Below, one piece after another: positions 63,006 to 64,000 of a stretch of 64,000 bases of DNA (positions are counted from its first letter, which is position 1; each line of letters starts with the position of its first letter). This stretch comes from Callorhinchus milii (Eukaryota). The stretch lies in NCBI RefSeq assembly GCF_018977255.1, contig NW_024704743.1, positions 16,804,001 through 16,868,000 on the forward strand, given 5' to 3'. The translations under genes were made by a program, and so were the position numbers. The notes below the pieces were generated by a model. That model saw nothing but the letters and a program-made list of their open reading frames with translations, was not told the origin of the DNA and searched no databases.

Positions 63006-63225
63006 GAAACTCCACCGAGGTCAAGATTTACTCAAATTATGTAGAATGTACAGAATGTGTCAAATAGCTGAATTAAATCAACTTTGAAGTCAGTCTTCTG
63101 TATTTCTTAAAAGTATTTCAGAAAAAAACAACTTCAAAATTAAGGCTGTGTTTAATAATTTGCCAAATTCTGCATGCTCTAAAATGTTACATAAATAGAG
63201 TAAATCTAGACCCAGGCAAAATTTC
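63006..63225. mobile_element. MITE-like element, second copy
   Basis: TIRs gaaactccaccgaggtcaagatttactc / gagtaaatctagacccaggcaaaatttc. The internal block caaaattaagg..ccaaattctg.atgctct.aaatgttacataaata is shared with 41220-41454. Confidence 0.75.
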
Positions 63226-64000
63226 ATCATGCATCTTCTTTTATGTTCACATTCAGCTCTTGGATGTTTCCTGAGGTATTTAGCAAGTGCCACTGCATCT
63301 GCATCTGGACAACAAGTTTAATTTCCTTTCTTATATAAATTGTATTGAATCGTGTCACCAGTGGCACAGTGTTAATGCCAGTATCTACCATGTATTTCAG
63401 TGCAATAGCTGCTTTTCTTTTGACTAATAGACAGTGGAGGCCTGAAATTCTACATGCTCTTAACCTTAAGACTGTTGTGTTAAAATTTAAGTTTGTGCAG
63501 AATTTTGCAAGATTCTTCCAGTCTTAATTTGGAAAACATTTTTCATTAAGAAGTTTAGAAAGCTGGCTTCCAAATTGATCCTGAATATCGAGTAATACTC
63601 ACATCTACCTGCTCATGCTTTGCATATACAGTCAATCATTTACAATTAATATTTATTATTTACATTAATATTAACAATGTAATAATAACTTCATATTGCA
63701 CTAAATAGGACTGAAATTAAAAAAAAGCTTGTTCTCTATAAAACTGGCAGCCCTGCAATTCAGTCACATTTGTTTCAAAGGCCTTTACATTTGTTTGCAC
63801 TTTGAAGTAATGACATGACACACAAAACTCTCACCATACTGACCACTTTGGCGTCCTCCCCATTCAGGTCCCCATTCCCCAGTAAGTGAGGGGGGGGCAA
63901 AAAACATTTTATTGATGTTCCAAAATCCAAATTTTAAGCATATACAACAATCAGCTGGTTGACAAAAATACATTTGAAGAAACTTAAACTCTTCGTGATC

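Noticed and set aside
23670..64000. Exon 3 (TSPN/LamG domain) or Gly-X-Y collagen exons
   Set aside because: No ORF in the track resembles LDLTELIGVPLP or LLQLIGDPPP, or collagen repeats. A candidate cag|AAAGAGGT at ~27185 hits a stop within a few codons. Small exons could have been missed.

Overview
Repeat-dense vertebrate genomic DNA, with no prokaryotic operon, CRISPR or rRNA content. The repeat set (CR1 and L2 LINEs, a tRNA-Ala-headed SINE with an L2-like tail, a Tx1 fragment) fits a cartilaginous fish, probably a chimaera; this is inferred from recalled repeat families, not from a search. The only host gene I can support is the 5' end of a secreted-protein gene on the + strand. It has an 11-nt first coding exon (23368-23378) and a 101-nt signal-peptide exon (23569-23669), which splice to MDHRRGCCCRPIARMLLLLLLWTWSCCRPTSSARLME. 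Exon sizes and phases match the multiplexin collagens, most likely COL15A1. I found no exon 3, so about 23.7-64 kb is probably one large intron. The most interesting points are: (1) intron 1 has a (GT)n tract instead of a polypyrimidine tract and a short (AC)n after the donor; (2) a ~1.06-kb compound GGGTT(GT)n array lies ~0.6 kb upstream of the ATG; (3) a Tigger/pogo-like relic contains nested palindromes; (4) there is an unclassified palindromic MITE family; (5) a near-full-length CR1 with an esterase ORF1 is nested in an L2. I see no convincing novel multi-gene system. Repeat boundaries were read by eye and are approximate.
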